A stretch of 64,000 nucleotides of DNA from Chrysochromulina tobinii (Eukaryota): assembly GCA_001275005.1 (NCBI GenBank), contig JWZX01003205.1, forward strand, positions 1-64,000. The letters run 5' to 3'. Both the position numbers and the translations under genes were made by a program. The notes under the pieces were generated by a model. It saw nothing but the letters and a program-made list of their open reading frames with translations. It searched no databases and was not told the DNA's origin. Shown piece by piece: positions 52,634 through 63,521 of the stretch (position 1 is its first letter; each line of letters opens with the position of its first letter).

Positions 52634-55522
52634 CTAATATCCGCAATCCCAACTCGTTTCACAGGAGGCAGCTCTCAGGAGAGGCGCGCTTTCCTGCGCG
52701 CTGCGGCACAGCTCTTCGAACCGAGCGCGCACGTGCTCGGCGGTGTAGCTCACGTCGATGACGCCATCGCGCATGAGCCGCTCACGCGCGACCTCATAGT
52801 CGCCGCCCGTGCCGGGGTCGGTCATGACGATGAGGATCGCCCGGTCGCTCTCAATCGTCGGCTGGTCGAACGGACAGAGAGCGACTGGCTCGTCATCAGA
52901 GTCCGACAGCGCCGCAAGCGCTGCGCCCGGGATGTACGTGGTATGCCTGCTCGCAGCGCCGGCGGCGGTGAATACCGACGCCGATGGCGCGCCATCGCTG
53001 CCGACCGCGACAGCTGTGGGCTGTTGCGGGGACGGCGGCCGCAAGGGCGGCCGTGAGCGTGAGCGCCGCCGCCCGCCGCCGGCGCTGCCCCCTGCTGGCT
53101 CCTTGCTCCTTTGAGCGACTGTAAGGCCAGCCGCGCCGGTGCCCGGATGCGCTGCCACGGCGCGTTGAAGCGGCGGTGGCGGCTGCGGCGGCGCGCCCGG
53201 CGGCAGCAGCAGCGGTGGTGGCTCCGATTCGGGCGGCGGCAATGCCCCAAAGACGCTTGGAGCCTGCGGAAGCGGCAGCTGTGTCGAGGCTCCGGCCGCG
53301 GCGACTCTCGCCGCCCATGCCGCCTCAATCTCCTGCTCAGTGCGCCCGGGCAAGAGACGGTGTCGTATGGTCACCCAATCTAGGCCGTGCTGGGCCACGC
53401 CCCACTCGACCAGCGCAATCTCCGCACGCCCGAGCTGCGCCAGCGCGCAGTCCAAGCGCGCTCGTTTGATCGGGTTCGGCTCGGCGCGGCGCGCGCTCCG
53501 CGCCTCATACCGTTTGCGGAGCGCCGTGACGGACTTACACGGCAACAGAAAGGCGCGGATGGCCTCGAAGCGCTCGGGGCCGTAGCGCATGAGGCCGGTC
53601 GCGAGCAAGTTATCCTCAGCCGCGCTGAAGCGGGCCGCGGGGGCGCCGCCGCCGCTACTCGTGGAGTCGCGTCGAATCCCGTAGTGCCGATTGAAAAAGG
53701 GCGCGAACCGCGCGAGCTCCGCCTTCGCGTCGAAGGTCTCGGCACCCACCGCTCGGGCCGCGCTGTCGCGGGCGGAGGCCGTGTCGGCGTCGTAGACGCG
53801 CTTCAAGCCACACCTGGTCGTGAGCAGCTCGGGCAGCAGGTGGAATCCCGGCATGTGGAAGATCGACAGCATGGACGCGTTCGCTGTCGGAGTGCCACCC
53901 AGAAGCTGGCGCAGCCTCGTGGGCGGCGCCGATCCGCCGGCTGCTCCTCCCGCGCCGCCCGTGGCGGCTCCGGCGAGCTGTCCGGTGAGCTGGAGTGGCG
54001 TGGCATACTTGGGCCGCGTGCGCAGCTGCTTGTGCGCGATGGTCACGTCGCAGTGCGTGCAGAGCTCTGTGAGGAGCGAATACGCGAGGAGCGCTACCTG
54101 TGCAAAATGGGGCTCCTGCTTCATAGCCGCGCGCGCGATGACCAGCGTCTGCACCAGCAGCTGCATGTGCACATGCATCTGGATCTGCAGCGTGCGCAGC
54201 TTCTCAGCACTAAAGGGGCGTGTCAACGGCGCGCCCGCCACGGCGCCCGCTACGCGTGCGCCTCCGCCGCTGCCGCCGCTGCTGCCGCCACCGATCGCGC
54301 CGGTGCCGGCAGGGCCGGGGCCGCCGGGGTGCGCTCCATGGCTCGTGAGGGAAGGCGTGGGGCTGGTGCTGCCGCCTGCCATGGGATGGCGTGCGGCAGC
54401 GCCCACACCGCCGCCGCCAAGGCCGCCAAGGCCGAGGGCCCCTGCAGGGCGCAGTGCAGGGCCACGGCCTAGGGGTGAGGCGCGGCCGTCGCCAAGAGCG
54501 TAAGGGCGGGGCAAGAGGCGGCCGAGGGGAGATCCGCGACCATCGGCGCCGGTGCCGCTCGCGCCACCGTGCGGGTGTCGTTCCGAGCGCTTCGTCTGCT
54601 CATTGACGACCTCGCGCAGCTCATCAATTGGGTTCTCCAGGTCGGCAAACTCCTCCTCGACCTCGTGAAGTCGTGTCTCGTCCGCCGCGTACACGTAGTC
54701 CTGATCCTCCTGGTCATCGTCCTCGTCCTCCTCCTCTTCGGCACGCTGCCGGATACCCATCAGGAAATCGCGCCAGTCGCCCTCGTCCTCCTCGTCCCCC
54801 TCGTCCTCGTCCTCGCTCCCGTACCGACGCGCCCGACGCGGCGAGGCTCTGGGCGAGGGCTCGATGAGCGCCGCCTCGAGCGCTTCGAGCTCCATCGTCT
54901 CCAGAGAGAGCTGGGCGCGAGTCCGCCGGGCGATGGCCGCGGGTGCCTCGGCAGGTGGTTCGGCGCCGGGGGCAGTGTCAGAGGCGCCGGCAGTGCCGGA
55001 GGCAACGGTACAGGCGGCGGAGGCTGCGTGTTCCTCGTCCTCCTCATCATCGTCGTCATCCTCCTCGCCACCGTCCACATAGTCGTCGTCGTCCTCGTCA
55101 TCCTCGTCACCACCACCCTCCTCGACGGCTCCACGTGGCGTGCCCGGCACGATGTGCTGCGGCGTCCCACCACTCTCAGCTTCGCTGGTCGACGCATCAG
55201 CGCTCTCATCGTCGTCCTCGTCCTCATCGTCGTCGTCCTCGTCATCATCCCTGTCGTCGTCCTCCTCTTCGTCCTCCTCACCTTCCTCATCACTCGCGTG
55301 CCAGTCATCGTCTTCGCCGCCGTCCGCGGCTGAGCCGTCGGCGTCGCTCTCTGCTGCTCCACCATCTTCATTTTCTGACTCCTCCTGCTCGTCCTCGTCA
55401 TCGTCTTCCTGGTCGTCCTCGATCTCCTCCTCCTCGTCGTCATCTTCGTCCGCATCCTCTGCCTCGGCAGCAGCTGGATCCCAGTCGGCATCCTCGCGCG
55501 CTTCACCCACTCCAATCGTCAT
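52634..55522 (-). CDS. GON4L/YY1AP1/DUO3-like Myb/SANT-domain protein with acidic N-terminus
   Basis: IARRTRAQLSL..LE.LE..L, L..Q...H.QLLVQ, RFSAAEDNLLATGLMRYG..I..FLLPCKS..NPIK, second SANT GVAQHGLDW..I...LLPGR. Confidence 0.8.
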   Translation of the reverse strand: MTIGVGEAREDADWDPAAAEAEDADEDDDEEEEIEDDQEDDDEDEQEESENEDGGAAESDADGSAADGGEDDDWHASDEEGEEDEEEDDDRDDDEDDDDEDEDDDESADASTSEAESGGTPQHIVPGTPRGAVEEGGGDEDDEDDDDYVDGGEEDDDDDEEDEEHAASAACTVASGTAGASDTAPGAEPPAEAPAAIARRTRAQLSLETMELEALEAALIEPSPRASPRRARRYGSEDEDEGDEEDEGDWRDFLMGIRQRAEEEEDEDDDQEDQDYVYAADETRLHEVEEEFADLENPIDELREVVNEQTKRSERHPHGGASGTGADGRGSPLGRLLPRPYALGDGRASPLGRGPALRPAGALGLGGLGGGGVGAAARHPMAGGSTSPTPSLTSHGAHPGGPGPAGTGAIGGGSSGGSGGGARVAGAVAGAPLTRPFSAEKLRTLQIQMHVHMQLLVQTLVIARAAMKQEPHFAQVALLAYSLLTELCTHCDVTIAHKQLRTRPKYATPLQLTGQLAGAATGGAGGAAGGSAPPTRLRQLLGGTPTANASMLSIFHMPGFHLLPELLTTRCGLKRVYDADTASARDSAARAVGAETFDAKAELARFAPFFNRHYGIRRDSTSSGGGAPAARFSAAEDNLLATGLMRYGPERFEAIRAFLLPCKSVTALRKRYEARSARRAEPNPIKRARLDCALAQLGRAEIALVEWGVAQHGLDWVTIRHRLLPGRTEQEIEAAWAARVAAAGASTQLPLPQAPSVFGALPPPESEPPPLLLPPGAPPQPPPPLQRAVAAHPGTGAAGLTVAQRSKEPAGGSAGGGRRRSRSRPPLRPPSPQQPTAVAVGSDGAPSASVFTAAGAASRHTTYIPGAALAALSDSDDEPVALCPFDQPTIESDRAILIVMTDPGTGGDYEVARERLMRDGVIDVSYTAEHVRARFEELCRSAQESAPLLRAASCETSWDCGY

Positions 55523-55819
55523 TGAAACTCGCGCACTTCCGCGAAACTTGGGACATTTTCACAGCCGATGTGTGTGAAACAACTCGTTCAGACGGGACCA
55601 TCTCCCTCTCGCTAGCCCCGCACGTTTGGACCAGCCTCCTGTGTACACACTGCTAGTGTGACTGCTTCACAGAAAGCACGTACAGGTTTCGTTTGCGCAC
55701 CGCCAAACCCAAACCTACCGTACGGTTCGATCACACCTCCTACATCTCACCCTTCTACCCACTCTCGTTTCTCGGGACTTGTTTCTCGATCCTCGAAAGC
55801 ACGATGGCGTTCGGACGAA

Positions 55820-56818
55820 CTATGGCGAGCAACTCTCGAGCAGCTCCCCGTGGAGGGCCCGCCGCTCTCGGTCGAGCAACTTGAGACGTACCAGTTCGGC
55901 TCGCATTCGCTCGCCTTGGCCATCCCCTAAAGAGGCTACCGCTGGGCGGCTAGCAACGGTGAGAGCGGCGCGGGCAGTGTCTGATGGAGGAGGCGTGCAA
56001 GATGGCGAAGCCTCGGAAGCGAAGAGCAATCTTGCAGCAGTCCTCATCGCTGAATCTGCCCGATCCCAATCGCTGCGCTCGCATGCACAGCTAGCGTCGA
56101 GGAGCCACGCCTGTGGAAGACACGAAGCGCAGGCACGAGCTGCTTCTGCCTCGGCGGCAGCTTCATCGAGGCGCCCGACAGAACCAAGGAGCCCACCAAG
56201 CATGCAGCGCAGTGCACCTTCGGCCACGACAGCGCCGTGATCGTATGCCTCAGCGCAAAGCCACCTGAGTGCGGCCTCGGTGCTAGCATCTCTCCTCTGC
56301 TGAACGATCGCGCGGGCAACCAGCGTAACATCGGCCCAGCGGCGCCAGTCACGGGGCCTTGCAGGGTGGCAGTCGGCCGGAAGAAGGGTCAGGGGCCCTT
56401 TACTCACGCCGTGTGAGTCATGCTCTTCGAATCCGAGAGTCAGATGCAGGTCGGTCTCGGGGAGACCAACATGCACACGGTATTCCTGCGCTGCCGGCCA
56501 TAGCACGACCACATAGTAGCTGCGGCCCGCCCGGCCTACGCCAAGTGGCAAAAGCACCGACGCTGCCAGATCTGTGAGCGCTTGCTCAGCACAGCCTTTC
56601 CAGGGGTCTCCAGCCGGCATTTCCATCTTCGGTATGATTGTGATGTGATGTCTGGGGCCGTCGCGCTGCTCGCGATGACGTTGAGCATGCTGGGGTACAG
56701 CAGCACGCAGCACGGCAGCAATCTTCTCCACAGCTGGGCCTACGGCTAGTAGCGCGCCACGGCAATTCACCACAGAAAGCGCCTCGTGCTGCGGCCGGGT
56801 CGCTGTCGGACAACGCAT
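55820..56818 (-). CDS. 2H phosphoesterase (Swiss Army Knife-type) with helical/TPR-like C-terminus
   Basis: Two HxT motifs: RDGPRHHITI and DLHLTLGF..D.HGV.KG. YYVVVLWP..R..GL. Confidence 0.8.
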   Translation of the reverse strand: MRCPTATRPQHEALSVVNCRGALLAVGPAVEKIAAVLRAAVPQHAQRHREQRDGPRHHITIIPKMEMPAGDPWKGCAEQALTDLAASVLLPLGVGRAGRSYYVVVLWPAAQEYRVHVGLPETDLHLTLGFEEHDSHGVSKGPLTLLPADCHPARPRDWRRWADVTLVARAIVQQRRDASTEAALRWLCAEAYDHGAVVAEGALRCMLGGLLGSVGRLDEAAAEAEAARACASCLPQAWLLDASCACERSDWDRADSAMRTAARLLFASEASPSCTPPPSDTARAALTVASRPAVASLGDGQGERMRAELVRLKLLDRERRALHGELLESCSP

Positions 56819-57251
56819 TTTGTCGTGTGCTCGTGTTTAGGAGTTCCGCTGCTCGCAATGCTCCAACTTCCGCACCCCGTCCGCACAGGAAAACGCCGCG
56901 CCCTCAATCTATCGTACTTGAAGAGTTTCTTGCGCCCATGCCGACCTCGAACTCGAAAGATCTGGAAACAATCTCGCCCCGCCTTGGCCGCGCGGCGCCC
57001 CCGGTGCGCCGTGCCGCAGGACCAGGTCACCAGGAGAGTGCAGGAGGAGGAGCGCCCGCGCCGCGTCTCCCGCGTTCCGGACTTGCGGTGGACGCCAGGA
57101 CGGTCGCGTCTTCCGTCTATAAGTATATGCTCACACCGGCGGCAGCTCCTTCAGCGCATGCACGTACCAGCTAGCGGGGAGCTGTGATGCCACACACCAT
57201 GCCACACACCAGCTCAAGCTGCAGCCTATCTCCGCTTCGTCAAGCTGCAGC

Positions 57252-58190
57252 CTATCTCCGCTTCGCAGAGGACGTCGTCGAGCGCAGCGTGTCGAGCAGA
57301 TCGGGTCGATGCGCGCACACCAGATTGGACCAGCGGTGGGAGATGCGCGTCTGGAACTCGTCGACCCAGCAGCCGCCCGAGGCTTGTGCGAGCGCGCCGC
57401 GGTTCCCCTGCCAGAAGCACGTATACCCAATCCCGTCGAGCCAGCGCAGCGTGTCCGCGAGCCCTGTGGCGCCGAGGTGCTGTTTCCATGCACGCATGTA
57501 CTCGAACTCGAAGACGTCCACTGCCTTGCGCTCGAGTGCGCCGCGCATGCCGCGTAGCACAAAGCCATCCCATCCCTCGGTGTCGACGGAGACGAACGAC
57601 AGGCGCTCGATACGGCGCGCTGCCATGAAGGCATCCACGGTCGTCACGTTACGCACCAGCCCGTTCCGAACAGCGCGCCGTGAGGCGGCCACCGACTCGT
57701 ACCCGGGCGCCCCAGAGTCACGGGTGAAGACCGTGCCGGTCACATTTGAGACTGCTTCGCCGTGCACTTCGACGGGAGCGTCGGTGAGCGCTACCAGCTG
57801 TCGCAGCAGCCGCTCATTAGATGGCTGCAGCTCGAAGGCGTGCATCCGCAGCCGTGCGCCAGCGTCTGCACGCTGTTGAATGCGCGCGCGGTGGCAGATG
57901 AGGCACACGCCGCAACACTGCAGCGCACACGGCGGTGAGGCGCTATGCATCATGAGCTGGTGCCACTTCTTGTGACTGATGTCAGCGGCCGTGTACCGCT
58001 GCATCCACTCAGCGAGGTTGTAGCCCTTATTTGCTCCGATGTTGAGCATCACAACATCGCCCGAGCCCACCACGAGCAGTGGTGCCACGCGGTCATGCCA
58101 GGTGTCACTCGGGCAATTTGAATGACGCCCGATGTCGACGCCTTCAATGTGGCACGGCGTGGCGCGCGTCGGCGTTGGAGAAGCCGCCAT
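57252..58190 (-). CDS. FkbM-family methyltransferase
   Basis: MLNIGANKGY, HAFE, VTTVDAF, VSVDTEGWD..VLRG, FEFEY. Confidence 0.85.
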   Translation of the reverse strand: MAASPTPTRATPCHIEGVDIGRHSNCPSDTWHDRVAPLLVVGSGDVVMLNIGANKGYNLAEWMQRYTAADISHKKWHQLMMHSASPPCALQCCGVCLICHRARIQQRADAGARLRMHAFELQPSNERLLRQLVALTDAPVEVHGEAVSNVTGTVFTRDSGAPGYESVAASRRAVRNGLVRNVTTVDAFMAARRIERLSFVSVDTEGWDGFVLRGMRGALERKAVDVFEFEYMRAWKQHLGATGLADTLRWLDGIGYTCFWQGNRGALAQASGGCWVDEFQTRISHRWSNLVCAHRPDLLDTLRSTTSSAKRR

Positions 58191-58322
58191 CGAGACCGAT
58201 CTTTCACGACACTTCACGCAGCTGCTGTGTTCCAAACGAGGTTACTTTTGTCCGAAAGGAGGGTCGGTCGGGAGCACGACCTTTTCGCATTCAATTTACC
58301 TTCACACTTGAGGGACCAAATC

Positions 58323-59742
58323 ATGGCGTCGCCTGTTTACAGCGGCAGCAACAGCGCGGCACGGGCCATCCTGCAGATCGATATCGACTGCTTTTACGCT
58401 CAAGTGGAGATGCTGCGCGGTCGTGTGGATCCGGACCGGCCGTTCGCTGTGACGCAAAAGTTCCTCGTGGTTACCGCCAACTATGCAGCCCGTGCGGCTG
58501 GTGTGGGCAAGCTGATGCCCATCGACCGCGCTAAGGCCAAGTGCCCAGAGCTGCTACTCGCCTCCGGAGAGGATCTGACGCCATATCGCGAAGCCTCGGC
58601 CGCGATCTTCACCGCGCTCACCCCGTTCGGACCCGTTCAGAAGCTCGGGCTTGATGAGATGTTTGTCGACGTGACGGCTGCAGCGCGCGAGCTGCTGCGT
58701 GCGGATGGTGCGATCCAATGGTCCGAGACCACGAGAATACATGCCGCTCGGCACGGCACCACATCTGCCGAGGCGCAAGCTCGCACCGGCACGGATTACC
58801 GTCCACAGGACCTACGTGCTTCGGATCAGATTGGCGTTGCAGCGGCTCTGGAGGCGGCGGCGGCCGAGGACGACGAGCAGGCACGGCTTCTGCGCGCCGC
58901 GAGTCACGTGGCGGTGCGCTGCAAGGCGGCAATCCGCGCGCAGAGCGGCCTGACCGCCTCTGTCGGCGTCGCCTCCTCGAAACTCCTCGCTAAGCTCTGC
59001 TGTGGATTGCACAAGCCGGATGGACTCACCGCTCTCCCACAGTCGGAAGCGCGTGCCTTTCTGGCGCCGCTCGACGTGCGCGTCCTGCCAGGCGTGGGCA
59101 GCGCCGCCACTGGCATGCTCCACTCTCTCGGCCTCACCACCGTCGGCGATCTCGGCGCGATCTCGACCGGCGCGCTGCACCGAGCGCTGAGCGAGCTTCC
59201 CGCCGCGCTGCTCAAGACGACGCGTCTGAGCGCCGCGCGATTGACGAGCCTCGCGGCGGGCCTCGACGTGGAGCCGGTCGTGCCGAGCGGCCCGCCCAAG
59301 AGCCTCAGCGTCGAGGACTCCTTCCGAGGAGCGAGCAGTTTCGAAGCCCTCGAGAAAGTGGTCGCCGTCCTCGTACCGGACTTGGTCGAGAGGCTTGCGC
59401 ACGACCGCGCGAGTCACGCACGAAGGGCGTGCACGCTCCTTATCCGCTGGCGCCACAGCGGCTCGCGCACGATGAATCACCCTCATGGCGCCGCGTCAGG
59501 TCACTCGATGTCGCGTAGCACGCCCATGCCGCATCTGGTATGCCGAGAGGGCTCAGGACAGCGCCTGGCTGACGAGCGCGCGCTTGCTGAGGTGGCGCTG
59601 GCCGTGTTGCGTGAGCAGCTGGCCCCAGCGCCATTCACACTCACGCTCCTGGGATTGGGCGCGACCAACTTTGAGCCGGCGCCGCGCCAGAGAGGTGGCG
59701 ACGCCGGCCAGGCCAAGGGCAACAGCGGCAGCAGCGGCAGCA

Positions 59743-59801
<59 letters not shown>

Positions 59802-60956
59802 TTGCTCGTCGCGCCGTCGCCATTGCCAATGGGCATGGCGACCGCCGCTGCTGCCCGCGCCGCTGCCGAGCTGCAGCGCAGCTGGCGCACCGACTATGCG
59901 GTGGCCGACGAGGCGAGATTGGGTCGAGATTGGGTCGTGTGCAGTAAAGCGGCTGAGCGCCGAAAACGCGAGCTCGGGATGGGGATGGTCGAGATCGGGT
60001 CGAGATTGGATCGAGATTGGGTCGAGCTCGGGGGCGGCAGCACGATAGGCGGCGATGCGAGCGGCAGCGGCGCGGGAAGGAGCGGCGCGACCGTTCGCGG
60101 AGCGAGTGGCAGCATCAGCGCCCGGTACAGCTCCCGCTTCCCGGAGGATGCCGAGTCAGTTGCCTGGGATGGCGGCGAGCCGGAGCTCGAGCTGGACTGT
60201 TACGGCAATGACGGCAACGAGGTGGAGACCACCGGCTGGTTCGAGAGTGACGAGCGCTGTCTCGAGCACTGTGTGGCGTCTGCGGCCGAGGACGACGAGC
60301 CGCGGGGCGGGCGCACCGGCACGCTCGTCGCACCTCTGGCGACGGCGACGAGCACCAGTGTGCAGCAGCCCTTGTCCGCGTACCTACGATCGCCATCCAA
60401 AGGTGTGGTGGCTGGTGGTGTGGTGGCTGGTGGTGTGGTGGCTGGTGGTGTGGTGGCTGGTGGTGTGGTGGCCTTAGGCAGCAAAGGTGCGGTGGCTATG
60501 GGCACGGTTGCCTCAGCCAGCGGCTCCAGCAGTGTGGGGGCAAGAGCTGCGCCGGGTCAGTCTCCTCCAGCCCCCGCCGTGCAAGCTCGCGAAGCAGCGG
60601 TGTCGGAGGCGCCTACTTGCCCTGTTTGCGGCCAAGTGCTTCGGCTGGACAATGCGCAAGTGAACTCTCACATCGACGAGTGTTTGAACAGCTCGCTGCT
60701 GCCGGCGGCGCCGAGCTCGTCGGCAGGCCTCGCGCCGTCCGGCTCGGCGAAGAAGCGATCTGGAATCTCCAGATCCAATCTCCAGATTCACATCTCGGCG
60801 AAGAAGCGAGCCCTCGTGCTGGAGAAGCCGCGAGAAGGGGGCAAGCGCAGGACTCCAACTGCTGCACGAGGCGGGCGTCAGCGCGACGACGGAGCGATAC
60901 AGTCGACGCTCGAGAGTTCTTGGGGCTGCCTTGGTGTCGGGTTGGTGCGTGAATAG
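58323..60956 (+). CDS. POLI: Y-family DNA polymerase iota-like with UBZ4-type zinc finger and C-terminal PIP-like motif
   Basis: IDIDCFYAQVE, AVTQKFLVVTANY.AR..GV.KLM, GEDLTPYREAS, KLGLDEMFVDVT, KLLAKL..GLHKP. CPVCG..NSHIDECL. QSTLESSW. Confidence 0.9.
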
Positions 60957-61080
60957 CACAGCACCAGCACGTCGATCTGTGAATAGCACAGCACCAGGAC
61001 GTCGATCTCGGATCTGTGAATAGCACAGCACCAGAACGTGCAACGTCGATAGCACAGCTCACCAGGGCGGACGTCGATCT
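60949..61080. repeat. Short imperfect tandem repeat (gtgaatagcacagcaccag-acgtcgatct, 3-4 copies) overlapping the Pol iota stop codon
   Basis: Unit visible at about 60949, 60979 and 61016, with a partial copy at about 61049. Confidence 0.85.
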
Positions 61081-61441
61081 GCGCCGCACGCCAGGACGAC
61101 CTCCAGATTCCTCCAGATCCACTGCCCAGGCATCACGACTCTCTCGAGCATCGACTGACGACTACCGGGCCACATTGCGCAGGGGACTGAAAAGGGTGCA
61201 CGTATTGGGAAAAGCGGATATGAAAAGATCTAGTACTATGTAGAATTGAACTTCTTGTCACTGAGTTCAAAATCAGGAGGTGGGGAAAGTGTGTGAATCC
61301 AGAAGGAATACCTCCCCTACCCCTTTGTGTCAAAATGCATCGCGCCGAGATGATCAAGCGCCGAGGTGAGCTCTCGCGGACTGCACTCGTGTTGAGCAGC
61401 CTAAGCTGCACTCGCGGCCGGCCGATTACTTGGGGATCGAC

Positions 61442-62233
61442 ATGAACTTCTCTTCGAAGAAGCGCGCGCGCCCGAACGCGTGGAAGGAGCTGCAGCGCGA
61501 GCTGGACGAGCGCGAACGCCTTGAGGAGGATAACGCAGCCAAATTCGCGCGGATTGAAGCTCTGCAGATGCGTTCAGCCCTCGAGGACGAAATCGACCCG
61601 CAGAAGATGCACGCGTATCTCGACATCAGCATCGGCCACAATCAGGGCAAGGATCCCAAGCTCACGCGCGGTCGGCTGATTTTTGAGCTCTTCGACGACA
61701 TCATGCCGCGCACAGTCGAGCAGTTCCATCGGATGCTCGGCTCCGAAAAGCAGCCAACCTACGTGGGCTCGTCCATTTCCAAGATCTGGCCGGGATTCAA
61801 ATGTGAGGCGGGCGACCGCACGAGCAAGGTGGAAGGCTCGAGCTCCGGGCAGGAGCTGGTCTTCTCGCGCGTGGACCAGGAGGCCAACTGGCAGGTGCCG
61901 CATCTCAACCCGGGCGTGCTCTCGCTCACGGATGCCAAGTCATCCAAGTTCAACATCACGCTCCGAAAGGCAGAGGAGCTCGATGGATGGCACGCTGTCT
62001 TCGGCAAGACTGTGTACGGCTTTGACGTGCTCAAGGCGATCTCCGAGCAGGGCAACGACAACGGCGAGCCCAAGGTGCCTGTGATCATCACGGGCGGCGG
62101 CAGCGTGCCCAAGGGCACGCACCCTCGTGAATTCCTCAAGGCGATGGAGAAGCCCAAGCTGGATGAGCATCCCGAGAAGAAGGTCATGCGCTACTCAAGT
62201 ACTTACCGGCATACGGGGCTTATTGGGCACTAA
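61442..62233 (+). CDS. Cyclophilin-like protein with N-terminal coiled coil, probably catalytically degenerate
   Basis: YLDISIG..GRLIFELFDDIMPRTVEQF..PGF...GD..H..PGVLS..FNITL..LDGWHAVFGK. Confidence 0.88.
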   Translation: MNFSSKKRARPNAWKELQRELDERERLEEDNAAKFARIEALQMRSALEDEIDPQKMHAYLDISIGHNQGKDPKLTRGRLIFELFDDIMPRTVEQFHRMLGSEKQPTYVGSSISKIWPGFKCEAGDRTSKVEGSSSGQELVFSRVDQEANWQVPHLNPGVLSLTDAKSSKFNITLRKAEELDGWHAVFGKTVYGFDVLKAISEQGNDNGEPKVPVIITGGGSVPKGTHPREFLKAMEKPKLDEHPEKKVMRYSSTYRHTGLIGH

Positions 62234-62713
62234 TGCCGCCTCTCAGTCGGAGCACGTGCACAGAAAAAAGGGCTCAGACAAACGAGATAGTTACGACCGG
62301 CGGCGGGACCGGCGCGACTGGTGGGTCTCGGCGGTTGTGCAAATTGTGCTGCACCTTCCTTGTAACTTCCTAGGTCACCTTGTTCGCTCGTACCTTGGTT
62401 CGCGATCGCGTACAACAAGATTAATAGCTTGTGAGTGTGGCAGTGTAGAGCCGTGTGACCTAGATCCTAGTTTGGTTAAACGCTTCTCGTTCCCGGGACC
62501 GAGACGGAGCGAGAGATCAGAGAAGATTTATCTTTGTAATTGTATCAACATGAACATGGTCGATGGTGCTGGCCGCTCCGAGGGGCGACCACACCGCGCA
62601 CACAACCTCTTCTAGAGACGTGCCGTACGACGTGCACATGCGCAGTACCGTGCCACAGTCCGGTGACTCCAAGAGCTGATCGGCAGAGGTATTCCACTGA
62701 AGTTGTAGAAGTA

Positions 62714-63040
62714 TTAGACAAAGCGGAGGAGAAAAAGCAAAATCATGCAGACAGCGCACGCGCCAGCGGCCAAGCGAAACGTCTTGATGCGCAAGCCGGG
62801 TACTGTCTCTACGCAGCGCGTCACCACGCGTTGAAGTTTTCCGTCCACTGCCAGTGGGTTTTGCTGCGACGCCATTTGGGCGGGGTCGGGCGAGATTGAG
62901 TCCAGGTCGTGGAAAACATGGCCACCGCTGGCGGTGCGCCTGTGAGGTCGTCCCGACTCGCCCACTTGCTGTGCCAACCACCGTCCCTGGTCTGTTCCAA
63001 ACGCAAGCCTGGTGTTGTAGTCGGGCACGTCGTCGCTCAT
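62714..63040 (-). CDS. Small hypothetical tail-anchored membrane protein
   Basis: 108-aa ORF from ATG at 63040 ending in hydrophobic LAAGACAVCMILLFLLRFV. Confidence 0.45.
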   Translation of the reverse strand: MSDDVPDYNTRLAFGTDQGRWLAQQVGESGRPHRRTASGGHVFHDLDSISPDPAQMASQQNPLAVDGKLQRVVTRCVETVPGLRIKTFRLAAGACAVCMILLFLLRFV

Positions 63041-63131
63041 GGCGGCGGCCGGCGAGGTTTTGGAGGGTGCGCCGCCTTGCTTCCGCGGCGTTCGCACCCT
63101 CCGAGTTTTGACGAAATTTCTCGACACACTT

Positions 63132-63226
63132 TCTGTTTAAGTCAAGTCAAGTCAAGCACATTCGATAGGCTTCCGTTTGGTTGTCTGTTGTTTACATAAA
63201 GACTTGACTTGACTTGACTTCACAGA
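63132..63226. repeat. Inverted repeat built from (AAGTC)n/(GACTT)n arms
   Basis: tctgtttaagtcaagtcaagtcaag (63132-63156) versus cttgacttgacttgacttcacaga (63203-63226). Confidence 0.85.
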
Positions 63227-63521
63227 CAACTGATTTGACGTGCGACTGTCACCGAATCAGGAAGCGCCAATTTCATGTCTTCGGAACGGTTGAGTCTTGT
63301 GGTGTTTTGGACTTTTGGTGCGGGAGCGTGTGAAACTTTTCCCTGGGCCTGGTCGGTGGGTCGCTAACGAATCTAGGCACCAGCGCAGGCGCTGCGCCTG
63401 GTTTAAATATTAGGCTGGAGCTCGGACGGCGCGTGAGTGAGTGAGTGAGTCAGTTATTGAGATAAGTTTCACTCACACACAGACTCTCTCACTCGGACGC
63501 ACGGCGGCAGTTTGGTGCTCC

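Noticed and set aside
41553..56818. Functional RNA-modification/repair cluster (DDX56, TrmY-like, 2H phosphoesterase)
   Set aside because: The genes are interspersed with unrelated ones, and there is no evidence beyond loose proximity.
57214..57266. Direct repeat of about 26 bp at the FkbM stop, and similar 18-bp coding duplications (about 10900-10945, about 14808-14846)
   Set aside because: These are simple local tandem duplications with no filler, termini or coding capacity indicating a mobile element.
60949..61080. Repeat-spacer-like pattern at the end of Pol iota
   Set aside because: The intervening sequences are related to each other, so this is a simple degenerate tandem repeat.
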